Assembly: GCA_951406725.2 (NCBI GenBank)
Contig: OX597826.1
Location: 13,268,001-13,332,000, forward strand
Direction of reading: 5' to 3'
Length of the DNA: 64,000 nt
Source: Octopus vulgaris
Lineage: Eukaryota
Part shown: in pieces, positions 41,034 through 52,871 of the stretch
How the letters are laid out: every line of letters begins with the position of its first letter
How positions within the stretch are numbered: the first letter of the stretch is position 1
Program-made: the position numbers and the translations under genes
Notes under the pieces: generated by a model
Told to the model about the DNA's origin: nothing
Seen by the model: the letters and a program-made list of their open reading frames with translations, nothing else
Database searches by the model: none

Positions 41034-41635
41034 TATGTGTATCTATGCCCCGGGATAAACTCACTTTCTGTCTCAATAAAAATGTAGCGAACATAAATGT
41101 ATAACATATATTGAACGTATTGAACATTTCTCTCTCATTGGTTCGGCATAAACAAACGTAAGTACGTATGTGTATGTGTATGTGTGTGTGTGTGTGTTTG
41201 TGGGGGTGGGGCAGACAGAGTAGAGTGACAGAGGAGAGAGTGAGAGTGAAGGAGAGTGATACTTGACAAATAGTCAGAAGGAAGTTGATAGCCCAATATC
41301 AGATTAAACGCGGTAGCTACTACCTCGTTAGCTTGGTATCGTTGTTGTGTTGTGTTTTTGATATTGTTATTGTTGCTGCCGTGGTGGTGGTGGTGTGAGG
41401 GTGTTCGTGTTGGTGTTGGTGGTGCTGAAGTGCTCCAGGTGTGCACTAATCAAGCATTGGCGGCGGTGAAGGTGATATTAATTGAGGTTTTTGTTGCTTA
41501 TTGATAATTTAACCTGTACGGGTAGCATATGTACACGTCCTATACATACTATTCATGCGTGTGTGTATAAGTAGGGAACAGCTTTCCCTTTGGACGTGTT
41601 TCACTCAAACTACGACTGTTTCAGATATATACATA

Positions 41636-42076
41636 GGCCCAGGAGTGGCTGTGCGGTAAGAAGCTTGCTTACCAACCACATGGTTCCGGGTTCAGTCCCA
41701 CTGCGTGGCATCTTGGGCAAGTGTCTTCTACTATAGCCTCGGGCCGACCAAAACCTTGTGAGTGGATTTGGTCGACGGAAACTGAAAAGAAGCCCGTCAT
41801 ATATATGTATATGTATATACATATGTGTGTGTGCGTGCATGCGTGTGTATGTGTGTTTGTATGTCTGTGTTCCCCCCCCCCCAACATCGCTTGACAACCG
41901 ATGCTGGCGTGTTTACGTCCCCGTAACTTAGCGGTTCGGCAGAGGAGACTGATAGAATAAGTACTAGGCTTACAAAGAATAAGTCCCGGGATCGATTTGC
42001 TCGACTTAAAGGCGGTGCTCCAGCTTGGCCGCAGCCAAATGACTGAAACAGGTAAAAGAGTAAAAGAGAGTAAAGA
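41636..42076 (+). mobile_element. SINE family B, full length
   Basis: Colinear with the 21409 copy. Confidence 0.9.
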
Positions 42077-42079
42077 GTA

Positions 42080-42398
42080 TGCAAGGCGCATTCTAGAAGT
42101 TTTCGGACGTTTTCAGGAGAGACTTTTATTAATTTCCAAGTGGTACAAAACCTAAATCTTTTCCAAAGTAGGATTCCCTGACTTTAATGCACTTGTTGTG
42201 TGCCAGCCACTTCGTGAAGGACCCACGGAAATCCTCCAAAGTAAAAGTGTCCAGGATCCTTGACACAGCCTCTTCCATCTTCTCAATGTCTTCAAAACGA
42301 CTCTCCTTGAAATTTTCCTTCAGCCTGAAGAACAACCAAAAGCCATAAGGAACAAGGTTTGGACAGTAGGAATAGTAAAAAACAGTTTTTATGCCCAC
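42080..42398 (-). pseudogene. Mariner transposase C-terminal remnant with probable 3' TIR
   Basis: SYCPNLVPYGFWLFFRLKE...RFEDIE...KCIKVRESYF matches YSPDLAPxDFxLF...KCIxxxGxYF. Confidence 0.8.
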
Positions 42399-42401
42399 CA
42401 G

Positions 42402-42792
42402 TCTCCTTTAGAGAGACTTAGTAATTTTAATATTTCTATTATTGAAAATAAGTGGATGTATTCCACTGTAACTAGGTAAATAAAATCTTCGAACAGACGG
42501 TCAGTAGCGACACCTGCTGGTTCTGACTACGCTGCATTGATAAAGGGCAACAACCCTGAAACATGTCTGCAGATGTCTGACTAGCAAGGTGAAGCGACTG
42601 ACCTCCCCTGTTCGAAGGTTGTAATGGACGCAGGTTCGTGTGTCATATAGCTAGCTAGAGGCGATGGTCTCTTGGAGTTAATCAGCGACAGCTTTAGTCT
42701 TATATTCATAGACTGCCATATTAGTATGGCGATAACAATTAATATACAGTAACGCTGCCGTAATCTCCTTTAGAGAGACTTAGTAATTTTAA

Positions 42793-42801
<9 letters not shown>
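42402..42801 (+). mobile_element. Retrozyme-like or PLE pLTR-like unit, 362-nt period, bounded by a 38-bp direct repeat
   Basis: tctcctttagagagacttagtaattttaatatttctat at 42402-42439 and 42764-42801; contains a hammerhead; ends in (TA)n. Confidence 0.7.
42532..42572 (+). ncRNA. Type I hammerhead ribozyme (U3-A8 core variant)
   Basis: CTGCA-TTGATAA-AGGG(caacaa)CCCT-GAAA-CATG-TC^TGCAG: stem I CTGCA/TGCAG, stem II AGGG/CCCT, palindromic stem III, GUC cleavage triplet. Confidence 0.8.
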
Positions 42802-42858
<57 letters not shown>

Positions 42859-43112
42859 TACATATATACATACATATATATACACACACACGCATATATA
42901 TAGATACGGTTGTACAAAGAATAAATGCTTTTAAAAGTGGTTTGTTTCGTTTGTTTGTTCCTAAACAATACTTATTTTAGAACTGTTGACAGCACCGGAT
43001 TGAATGGTACTGCCCATGTGTCGAAACCATAATGATATCCGTAGGGCAGCTGATGATAAAGGGATGTTGGATTATTGGTATGGCTGTGGAATAGTATTAT
43101 GACGCATCCTTT

Positions 43113-43159
<47 letters not shown>

Positions 43160-43161
<2 letters not shown>

Positions 43162-44054
43162 TAAGAAAGTTTGTTTGGTAAAGCACGTGGGTGAATATAT
43201 AAGAAAATAGTAAAGTGTGAAAAAACGACAGAAGGCTTAAATGTTAAAAAATATATATATTTGTGTCAAAATGTCTGGAGAATATTGGAAAAATTTTTTT
43301 TCCTTTCCTTAAAATGACATAATTTTAAAATCTTTAAAGAAATTACCGGTTTCGCGTGTAGCTTTTCAAATTTCTTCTGACGTTATGTTTATATTGCATG
43401 GAGTTATCGTTGTGTTTATTTCCAGGAGATTTCTAAATAAGGGGAGGTAGTGAGTGATTTCTTCCGGTGTAAGGGAGATAATCGCTTAAAATTTTTTTTC
43501 CTTTTCCTTGTTAATTTCTCTGTGTCAGTATGTTCGGATGGTTGAGTCTGGGTTTGTACTTTTCAATGAAGAATGTTTCCTTGTTCAGTCTCATTTGTGT
43601 TGATGATCCGAAAGCACATTGGTAAAATGGGAAGATTAAAATTGTGGCAGTAGTTGCTTTGCGCATTTCTCAATGTGCTCACTAAAAGGTATCATTCTAT
43701 ATTCTGGGAATGCAATCTGTTGTCGATGCAGTGTGCATCTACGCCTGAGTGATAGTCCCGTGGAACCCACGTAGTCTTGGTAAGCCCGAGCATTTAATAA
43801 CATAAATTATGTTTTCAGAGGCACAAGTAAAGTTAGATTTGATCTTGAATTTCTGTCCCTCTTTAAAGAAGAATTCTGATCCTTCCAATAGGTTAGGACA
43901 TGTTGCACAGTTCGATCTACCACATTTTTTTACTTTTGCATCCGTAATTTTAGAAGACAATTTTGCCTTTGTGAGAATCTTTTTAAGTGATTTAGGCTGT
44001 TTGTAGCTTTTAATGATTTGGTGTATGTTTAGAATTTCCATTAATTTTGGGTTT
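43160..44054 (-). mobile_element. Penelope-like element 3' end, left arm (GIY-YIG frameshifted)
   Basis: Reverse complement of 44064-44927 with a few indels; frameshift after KCSG; carries an extra 35-nt tail at 43160-43194. Confidence 0.92.
43337..43376 (-). ncRNA. Minimal type I hammerhead ribozyme (left-arm copy)
   Basis: Exact reverse complement of 44747-44786. Confidence 0.72.
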
Positions 44055-44610
44055 ACTTCATAAAAACCCAAAATTAAAGGAAATTCTAAACATACACCAA
44101 ATCATTAAAAGCTACAAACAGCCTAAATCACTTAAAAAGATTCTCACAAAGGCAAAATTGTCTTCTAAAATTACGGATGCAAAAGTAAAAAAATGTGGTA
44201 GATCGAACTGTGCAACATGTCCTAACCTATTGGAAGGATCAGAATTCTTCTTTAAAGAGGGACAGAAATTCAAGATCAAATCTAACTTTACTTGTGCCTC
44301 TGAAAACATAATTTATGTTATTAAATGCTCGGGCTGCCACCAAGACTACGTGGGTTCCACGGGACTATCACTCAGGCGTAGATGCACACTGCATCGACAA
44401 CAGATTGCATTCCCAGAATATAGAATGATACCTTTTAGTGAGCACATTGAGAAATGCGCAAAGCAACTACTGCCACAATTTTTAATCTTCCCATTTTACC
44501 AATGTGCTTTCGGATCATCAACACAAATGAGACTGAACAAGGAAACATTCTTCATTGAAAAGTACAAACCCAGACTCAACCATCCGAACATACTGACACA
44601 GAGAAATTAA
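44053..44610 (+). CDS. Penelope-like GIY-YIG endonuclease, 5'-truncated open frame (Neptune-type Cys linker)
   Basis: KCGRSNCATC linker then NIIYVIKCSGCHQDYVGSTG..LRRRCTLH..FSEH..RLNKETFFIEKY; the RT domain is absent, so it is non-autonomous. Confidence 0.88.
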   Translation, partial: LLHKNPKLKEILNIHQIIKSYKQPKSLKKILTKAKLSSKITDAKVKKCGRSNCATCPNLLEGSEFFFKEGQKFKIKSNFTCASENIIYVIKCSGCHQDYVGSTGLSLRRRCTLHRQQIAFPEYRMIPFSEHIEKCAKQLLPQFLIFPFYQCAFGSSTQMRLNKETFFIEKYKPRLNHPNILTQRN

Positions 44611-44918
44611 CAAGGAAAAGGGAAAAAAAAATTTTAAGCGATTATCTCCCTTACACCGGAAGAAATCACTCACTACCTCCCCTTATTTAGAAATCTCCTG
44701 GAAATAAACACAACGATAACTCCATGCAATATAAACATAACGTCAGAAGAAATTTGAAAAGCTACACGCGAAACCGGTAATTTCTTTAAAGATTTTAAAA
44801 TTATGTCATTTTAAGGAAAGGAAAAAAATTTTTCCAATATTCTCCAGACATTTTGACACAAATATATATATTTTTTAACATTTAAGCCTTCTGTCGTTTT
44901 TTCACACTTTACTATTTT

Positions 44919-44927
<9 letters not shown>
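44064..44927 (+). mobile_element. Penelope-like element 3' end, right arm
   Basis: GIY-YIG ORF plus ~310-bp 3' pLTR/UTR running into (TA)n. Confidence 0.92.
44747..44786 (+). ncRNA. Minimal type I hammerhead ribozyme in the PLE pLTR
   Basis: AAGAAAT-TTGAAAA-GC(tacac)GC-GAAA-CCGG-TA^ATTTCTT: 7-bp stem I, U3-A8 core, 2-bp stem II, palindromic ACCGGT stem III. Confidence 0.72.
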
Positions 44928-44958
<31 letters not shown>

Positions 44959-45002
44959 TACATACATGCATACATACATACATACATACATACATACATA
45001 CA

Positions 45003-45038
<36 letters not shown>

Positions 45039-45067
45039 CATATATACATACACATACATATATATAC

Positions 45068-45102
<35 letters not shown>

Positions 45103-46137
45103 ATCAAAATAAGCAACAAGAATATCTCCGGTAATTTGGTATAATCACCCCATGGATTTATATGGATAACACCATACAAAATTCTTGTGCGTCTAACTTA
45201 AGTACCATATTCATTTGAATCTAAATTTTGCTGAATTTATATATATATATATACATATATACGACAGGTTCTTTTCAGTTTCCGGCTACCAAATCACCTC
45301 ACAAGGCTTATGTCGGCTCGAGGCTATAGTAGAAGACACCTGCCCAAGGTAACATGCAGTGGGATTGAATCCGGAATAACGTGGCTGGTAAGCAAGCTTC
45401 TTATCACACAGGCCACTCCTGTATTCGCGCATGAGTTAATTGCACTCGAATTTAAAACACGAATCAATAGCAAGTCTAATCTGTCTTTTAAGCTCTTATG
45501 TAAATCTTTCAGCACACACTATGAAGTCGAACTTGAAATTTCTTATTTGCCTAGGTTTCGGCTCCATATAGAAGAATGCCATCTGGTTGTGCCCTGGAGA
45601 AGGTCGGACTTGTTTACTGAAATATTCGATCGCTAAACGTTGTGAAGCTTGTCGCAAGTACTCTAGGCTGGTAGGGTCTCTTGTATGTATCAGGAAGTCT
45701 TTCTTACAGTCCGTGAGATAGAACCTAAGACGCATGAAGTCACTGACCACTCGAGTTATGTGCTACTGTTGGAACCAATCAACAGGCTTCTCATGAAGGG
45801 CTCAAAGCTCGTTTTGGTATGGGCAGTAGACCTATGAGATTAATGGACACATTGTTCATTTTCAAATAATTTTGTTCTGCACAGGCTTTGCTGCCCACGG
45901 CAATCTTTCTAGACACTAAGTCATATTAAATGTCGTATATTGAAGTTTTCCACATTCTAATAAAAGACGAAGACTACTTAACTATATTGATGTTACAAGC
46001 AGAGAAAGAGAGACACACGCACAAACACACACACACAAACACACACACATACACCCACAAACACAAACACACACGCACGCACGTACGCAAGCACACACAC
46101 ATGTATATATGCATGTATGTATATATATATGTATATA

Positions 46138-46392
46138 TAATCAAAATAAGCAACAAGTATATCCAAAGTAGAGTAGTACAATTGTTTTATGCTACTTCAT
46201 TTTATTAAACACTGTAATGTGGAATAAAATAAAGTAGCATGAAACGATCGTACCACATTACCTCGGATATACTTATTGCTTAATGTGATTATAATCACCC
46301 CCATTTCATTTATATGGATAATACCATACTAAATTCTGGTGCTTTAAACTTAAGTACCATATTCATCTGAATCTAAATTTTGCTGAACTTAT
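46138..46392. mobile_element. TA-tract-embedded repeat with internal fold-back
   Basis: 46138-46206 and 46222-46291 are imperfect inverted repeats; a shorter relative lies at 45102-45240. Confidence 0.7.
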
Positions 46393-46395
46393 ATG

Positions 46396-46428
<33 letters not shown>

Positions 46429-46535
46429 ACATACATGTACATATATATACATGTGTGTGTACATGTATATGTGAATATATATATATATAGATAGATGTGT
46501 ATGTATATATACGCATGTGTGTGAGTGTGTGTGTT

Positions 46536-46572
<37 letters not shown>

Positions 46573-46854
46573 ACATGTATATATGTATATATGTATATAG
46601 ATGTGTATGTATATATGTATGCATATATACGCATGTGTGTGTTTGTGTGTGTGTGTGTGTGTGCGAGCATCGCATAGTAAAATGCATTTGTTGTTTACGG
46701 TCAGGTTTTGTAGAGGAACAGCGAAAGCAGAGATGAAGAGGGAACGAGTGACAGTCCAGGACGTTAAATCTAAGAAAGGGAAAGTGGAAAAAATTATAAT
46801 TTCACTTGCTGGAGTAGCAAGCATTTGTATCAGAATGGAACTGCATATTTCAAA

Positions 46855-47293
46855 CTAGTATTATAACCCGATTTCATTCGGGTCTACACGGGCCACATTT
46901 TAAAGATGAGGAATTGAAAAAAAAAAATGGGGGAAAAAAGCACTCGTTTTTTCACAATGAAAACTCGTTTCCTAGTAGCCGGAATTTCGCGACAAAATGT
47001 ATGTTTATTAAGCACAACAGCCTGCAGTGCATGCCGCTGGGCATTAAAAGCCAATCGCACAAACCAAGAGGGGCTCTGGGCCCCCTTGAATTGATAAAAA
47101 AAATTACTCCTTTTGCCATAGCAACCACATCTTTATAGCTTGCGAATTTTAACCATCGCGGGTCTCATCCTCACCACGCATTTAGTATCCCTGCCAATTT
47201 CCAGCTCGATCCTAGCCTTCGTTTGGCCGCCATTTACCGTCAAAGCCAAATGTGGATACAATTTTCGTCCAAGGACTGTTTTATAGACATAGA
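46855..47293 (-). mobile_element. Non-autonomous Helitron
   Basis: Minus strand: A|TCTATG... 5' end, hairpin ACCCGA-atgaaa-TCGGGT ~7 nt before terminal CTAG|T; inserted between A and T with no TSD. Confidence 0.78.
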
Positions 47294-47832
47294 TTAAAAT
47301 TGAAAACAAAAGACATTACGGATTGATTTAAAATGATGGAAGTCTATACACATATACAAGCAAAAACACTTACATACACACAAACACTTCTACACATGTG
47401 CACACACACACATGCACATTGGCATGTACATATTCTGTATTCACATGTGATGATAGACCGAAAATTACATAGGCTAATTATGAAGTAGAGGTGCTAGAGC
47501 TGTGAAATATTGGATACATCAATTCCAACTCCTATTGATAGTTGCATTGTCTCTTTCCAGGTAAGCTGACGAATCAGTGTTCAAAGAGCACTTCGAAAGT
47601 AACTAGTAGTGACTTCTTTTGAAAATGGACAAAATTTGGCACCGTCATATTATCAAGGACCTCAAGAAAAAGGGGTTTACTCCCGCAAACATTCATGCTG
47701 GCATGGTTATTACATTAGGGGGTGGCGCTCCAGCTTTATCAACAAAGGGAAAAGTGGGCAGCTAAATTTACGAGAGGAAGGGAGTATCTTGAAGAGGATT
47801 TTACTACGTATGTATATAGTAAGATATATATA

Positions 47833-48198
47833 TAGACAAACTGATTAAGTCGATTATATCGACCCCAGTGCGTAACTGGTACTTATTTAATCGACCTCGA
47901 AAGGATGAAAGGCAAAGTTGACCTCGGCGGAATTTGAACTCAGAACGTAACGGTAGACGAAATACCTATTTTTTTACTACACACAAGGGGCTAAACACAG
48001 AGAGGACAAACAAGGACAGACAAACGGATTAAGTCGATTATATCGACCCCAGTGCGTAACTGGTACTTATTTAATTGACCTCGAAAGGATGAAAGGCAAA
48101 GTCGACCTCGGCGGAATTTGAATTCAGAACGTAGCGGTAGACGAAATACCGCAAAGCATTTCGCCCGGCGTGCTAACATTTTTGCTAGCTCGCCGCCT
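47833..48198 (-). mobile_element. SINE family A, head plus ~1.8 bodies
   Basis: GAAATAC|CTATTT junction at ~47965; both units share private variants (GACCTCGAAAG, GGTAGACG). Confidence 0.9.
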
Positions 48199-48813
48199 TT
48201 TGGAACCTGTTTCTATAAAGCCTACATCTCAAGCACGCGTATATTATAGTGTCTGAAAAGTATCATAAATATAATGGCTATAAATCAAAGTATAAAATTT
48301 CTTTATTGCTTACTAAACAATACATCAAACTACATGTATCCCTTCTATTATTACTGTTCTTTTATTATTTAACAGAAAGGCAGGTGTATATCGCCAAGCT
48401 TTACTGCACTTCTTTCATTGCCTTGAGATTTCTCAGTCGTGTGAAGCTATTAGACATCCGTTGCACTCAACAATGCACACATATGCACACTCACACGCAT
48501 GTGTAATGGACTCTCCCGTCGAAGATGACGTATGAGTTTTCAGGTTTTGCTGAACGGCTTGCACAGGATTATTCGCTTATAGCCATCAAATATCTGTGCA
48601 GTACATCCGCTTCACTCCCGCCGTCAAAATAAAACATTTCCTATCCGGGGGTTCAAGAGTACAACTTGTCAGATGTCGAAATGATCGCAGGACAAAGTAA
48701 AATGACGTGTCTTTGCTCAAGAACACAACACGCCGCACGGCCCGGAAATCGAACTCACGATCTAGCGTTCGTGAGTGCAACACCTACACCACTGAGCAAC
48801 GTATTTTAATATT

Positions 48814-48863
<50 letters not shown>

Positions 48864-48864
48864 T

Positions 48865-48977
<113 letters not shown>

Positions 48978-48998
48978 TATTATTATCATTATTATTAT

Positions 48999-49496
48999 TG
49001 AGTGAGCGAGCAGAGCATGCCATCAAAGTGACACTGGGGTAAAATATACGAAGCCCAGTATACCTATCATGACTACCCGTCTGATAAGGGTACACCAGGC
49101 ACGTGCATCACAACCATATGTGCGCGACATGGTGATCTCATATCAAGATAAACAGCACATGACCTTGCAGGTGGAGCCCAGTTAGAATTTTCTTCAGATC
49201 GAGTAACCCGTCCCGCTCAAAAGGTCCCTGAATAAGGGTTGTTTAAGGACGTTGAACGAAACACCCATGTTTCCAGAGGTGAATTATTCAAACCCCAAAG
49301 AATCCTTCTCAACACATGTCTATGATGCTCCCCCACTACTTCTGCTCGTGATCAGAGATGCACATATCGTCAGCCACTAAGGGACATGCTCAACTGGTTA
49401 AGGTCAAACAACTGACAAGCAAATCTGTGCTATTGAGCAGAATATTTGCTGTAGCCCATCTTTTATACCAAGACAAAACAATGTACATGATAACAC

Positions 49497-49581
<85 letters not shown>

Positions 49582-49863
49582 GTGAGTGAGAGAGTAGTGC
49601 ATGCCATCAAATTGACACTGGGGTGAAATATACGAAGCCCAGTATACCCATCATGACTACTCGTCTGATTAGGGTACACCAGGCGCATGCATCACAACCA
49701 TATGTGCACGACATGGTGATCTCATATCAAGATAAACAGCGAATGACCTTGCAGGTTAGAATTTTCTTCTGGTCGAGTAGCCCATCCCGCTCAAAAGGTC
49801 CCTGAATAAAGATTGTGTAAGGATGTTGAACGAACCACCCATGTTTCCAAAAGTGAATTATCC
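48999..49863 (-). mobile_element. Two 5'-truncated element F copies separated by (ATT)n
   Basis: 48999-49497 and 49580-49863 are antisense to 1003-1559; each 3' end abuts an AAT tract. Confidence 0.88.
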
Positions 49864-49864
49864 A

Positions 49865-52280
49865 AAATATGTTCGTATCCAATAAGTCCTCTTCCCCCTC
49901 TCAGTCTGTCTGTGTCACTTTTTGGGTGGAGTGACCCATATCTAGTTAGTAACTTCCTTGTCTTTCTGTCTAAGCTGTTTAGTTCGTCTATTGTCCATGC
50001 GATTACCCCTGCTCCATATCGAAGGAGTGAAACCGCCCAGGTGTTGACAGCTTCGATCTTATTACGTCCGTTTAATTTCGACTTAGGGATCAGTCTCAGT
50101 CTGCGCAAGTACTCAACCTTAAATTTTTCTGTCATTTCTTTCTCCATCAATTTACCCATTTCCAATATCCCCAAATACTTATAGCCCGTCTCTTCTATCT
50201 CTTTCATAACCTCCCCTGACGGTATCGTTAGTCCGTCCATACATTTCAATACTAACACACCACACTTTCTCAATCCGAACTCCATTCTGATATCAACTGT
50301 ATCAACGAGGGAGATGACTTAGGCTTTATCTTTACCATAAAGTTTGAGGTCATCCATGAATAACAAATGGTTGACTTTGTTGGCGGCTTTTGAATACATA
50401 ACCAGCTATTGCTTTCCTCAGAATCAGTGTCAGTGGTATTAAGCGCAGTACAAAGATCAGTGGGAATAGGCAGTCCCCTTGGAAGATGCTCCTCCTAATT
50501 TCTACTGTCCCTAAACTTCTTCCGTATGCTGTCAGGTCCGTCCTCCAATTCGCCATACATTTTCCAAGCAATCGCTCAACATTCGATGCAATCCCAAACA
50601 GGTTCATGCACACCATAATCCAAGAATGTGGGATCATATCGTACGCTTTACGATAGTCAATCCATGACATGGCTAAGTTACTTTTCCTCCTCTTGCAGTC
50701 TCTGAGTACAGTTTTATCTATCAGGAGTTGTGCACTAACGCTTGCAACCCTTCTGCTCGTGTGGCAGGACTCCATTTTTTTCTAGATGTTCGTACATTGA
50801 CTCTGCGAGTATTCCAGTCAATAACTTCCACATAAGTGGCAAACAGGTATCAGCCTGTAATTGTCTACCGTATTGCCTTTTTCGATGTTTTTTAGGCACA
50901 GCAATGTCAACCACTCTGGTGTTGCTTGGTCAGCATTTAACAAGGTGTTGAGTTGCGCAGGTATTCGTGCATGACATTTACCAAATCTTTTGATCCAGTA
51001 GCCTTGAACTCTACCTGGTCCCGGGCCTTCCAGTTGCTCATTTTTTTGCTGATTTCCTTCACTTCCCTAACTGAAATGACTAGTTCTCCCTGTTTTGGAC
51101 AGACTACTGTCTGTTTCAGGTCTTGCAACCATTCAGCATCCTTCTTGTGCTCCTTGTCTTTGCTCCAGAAGTTACTTCAAAACCTTTGACTTTTAATGTT
51201 ATCTGGTATCAATTTTCATCTGTAGACCCCTATTCTGGTGGCAACCCTTCATTCTTTGGTTGTATCTCACCATCTTTGCTTTCTTTGCAACGAGGCGCTG
51301 TTTCAGTTCCTCTACTACTACTTTCAGGCGCTTTCTTTCAATATTATATTTCCTTTTCAGAGCCCTGTATTTTTGTTCGCTTTTAAGCTCCCCTTTCTCT
51401 TTCCGGTCTAACACAGAGATTTCCTTCGAGAGCATGTCTAACCCTGCCTGGATTCTTCTTTTCCACCATGGATCTTTTCTTTTGTCACTCCCATTGTGTT
51501 TCTTTTTCTTGACATCAACACCCACATTTTCTGCTACAACAATACTTGCTGCCTTGATCAAATTATTTGTTTCTATGATGTTTGTTCTGATGTATTTCAG
51601 AATTTCATTGACATTTTTCGTTTCTTGGTTCAATTTCCATCTATCAACCTTTTTAAGGTTGCAAATAATGTTGCTATCATTCTCCTGTAGTCTTACCTTT
51701 ATTCTGTCGTAGATGGCCTTTTGTTCATCTGTCATGTCGCTATTAGGTTTATCGTCTTCTTTTAGATCATCTTTATGTCTCTCATCAAGTAAATTACCAC
51801 TACTCCTTTCCTGTGCTATGAGATTACTCTTATTAGTGAGAACTGTATTTTCGTTCTTATCTATGCTGCTTTTGTCCATGATCCATCTCTTGATAGCTTC
51901 GAGCTCTACTTCAGTAAATCAACAATTTTTCCTTATTGCTCTAGTGTGATCACATGGTCTATGTTTCGTGAGTTGAAAAAATCCCTTTTCTCTCCAATAA
52001 GCATACATACGTTGTCAGTAACCCCTAATTTGAGCACCATTTTCATCTAACGGGTTGCTCAGGTATTAACACTCCATGACCACAGCATTAATTTGTTTGC
52101 TCCATCTACGTCGTGTGTGGTGGTCCACTCTTTCTGGATATCGACTGGCTGGAGCCGGGCCAGAATCTCTGAGCCTACCGGGTGTAACACTGTCACTATC
52201 ATTGGCTTCAGTTTCACTGCCACCGTTATTCACAATATTTTGCTTTTTCATTGTCACTCATATGAGGTAGTGCTTACCTG
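49865..52280 (-). mobile_element. R4/Dong-clade LINE, 5' two-thirds (N-terminus and RT), decayed
   Basis: RRRWSKQINAVVMEC (Myb-like), KDPWWKRRIQ, QLLIDK..WIDYRKAYDMIPHSW, IFQGDCLFP, FMDD, YKYLG, RGGRGL; multiple frameshifts. Confidence 0.92.
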
Positions 52281-52288
52281 ATAATAAT

Positions 52289-52428
52289 TCTTCTTCTTCT
52301 TCTTCTTCTTCTTCTTCTTCTTCTTCTTCTTCTTCTTCTTCTTCTTCTTCTTCTTCTTCTTCTTCTTCTTCTTCTTCTTCTTCTTCTTCTTCTTCTTCTT
52401 CTTCTTCTTCTTCTTCTTCTTCTTCTTC

Positions 52429-52479
<51 letters not shown>
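52289..52479. repeat. (CTT)n followed by (ATT)n
   Basis: Direct inspection. Confidence 0.95.
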
Positions 52480-52483
<4 letters not shown>

Positions 52484-52494
52484 CATCTCTCACA

Positions 52495-52770
52495 GTGGTG
52501 CTCCAGCATGACTGCAGCTGCAGTTGTCAAGCGGTGAGGGGGACAAACACCAACACAAAGACATACACACACACACATACACACACACACATATGTATGT
52601 ATATATACGACAGGCTTCTTTCAATTTTTGTCTACCAAATTCACTCACAAGTGTTGGTCGGTCCGAGAGTACAATAGAAGGAACTTGCTCAAGGTGCCAC
52701 AGAGTGGGACTGAACCTGGAAACTCTGTATGTGGTTGGGAAGCAAACTTCTTACTACACAGCCATACCAG
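52495..52770 (-). mobile_element. SINE family B, internally deleted and diverged
   Basis: Antisense head and core blocks. Confidence 0.75.
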
Positions 52771-52871
52771 CGCTTGCAAATACAAATATATATAAATTTT
52801 TTTATCCATCGTAAGCCACTACACACATTTTTTTCTCTCCTTGTTTCTCTCCTTGTTTCTTTTTCTGAGTA

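Noticed and set aside
43015-43065. GAAAC...CTGATGA as a type II hammerhead
   Set aside because: Stems I and II cannot be formed around the core words.
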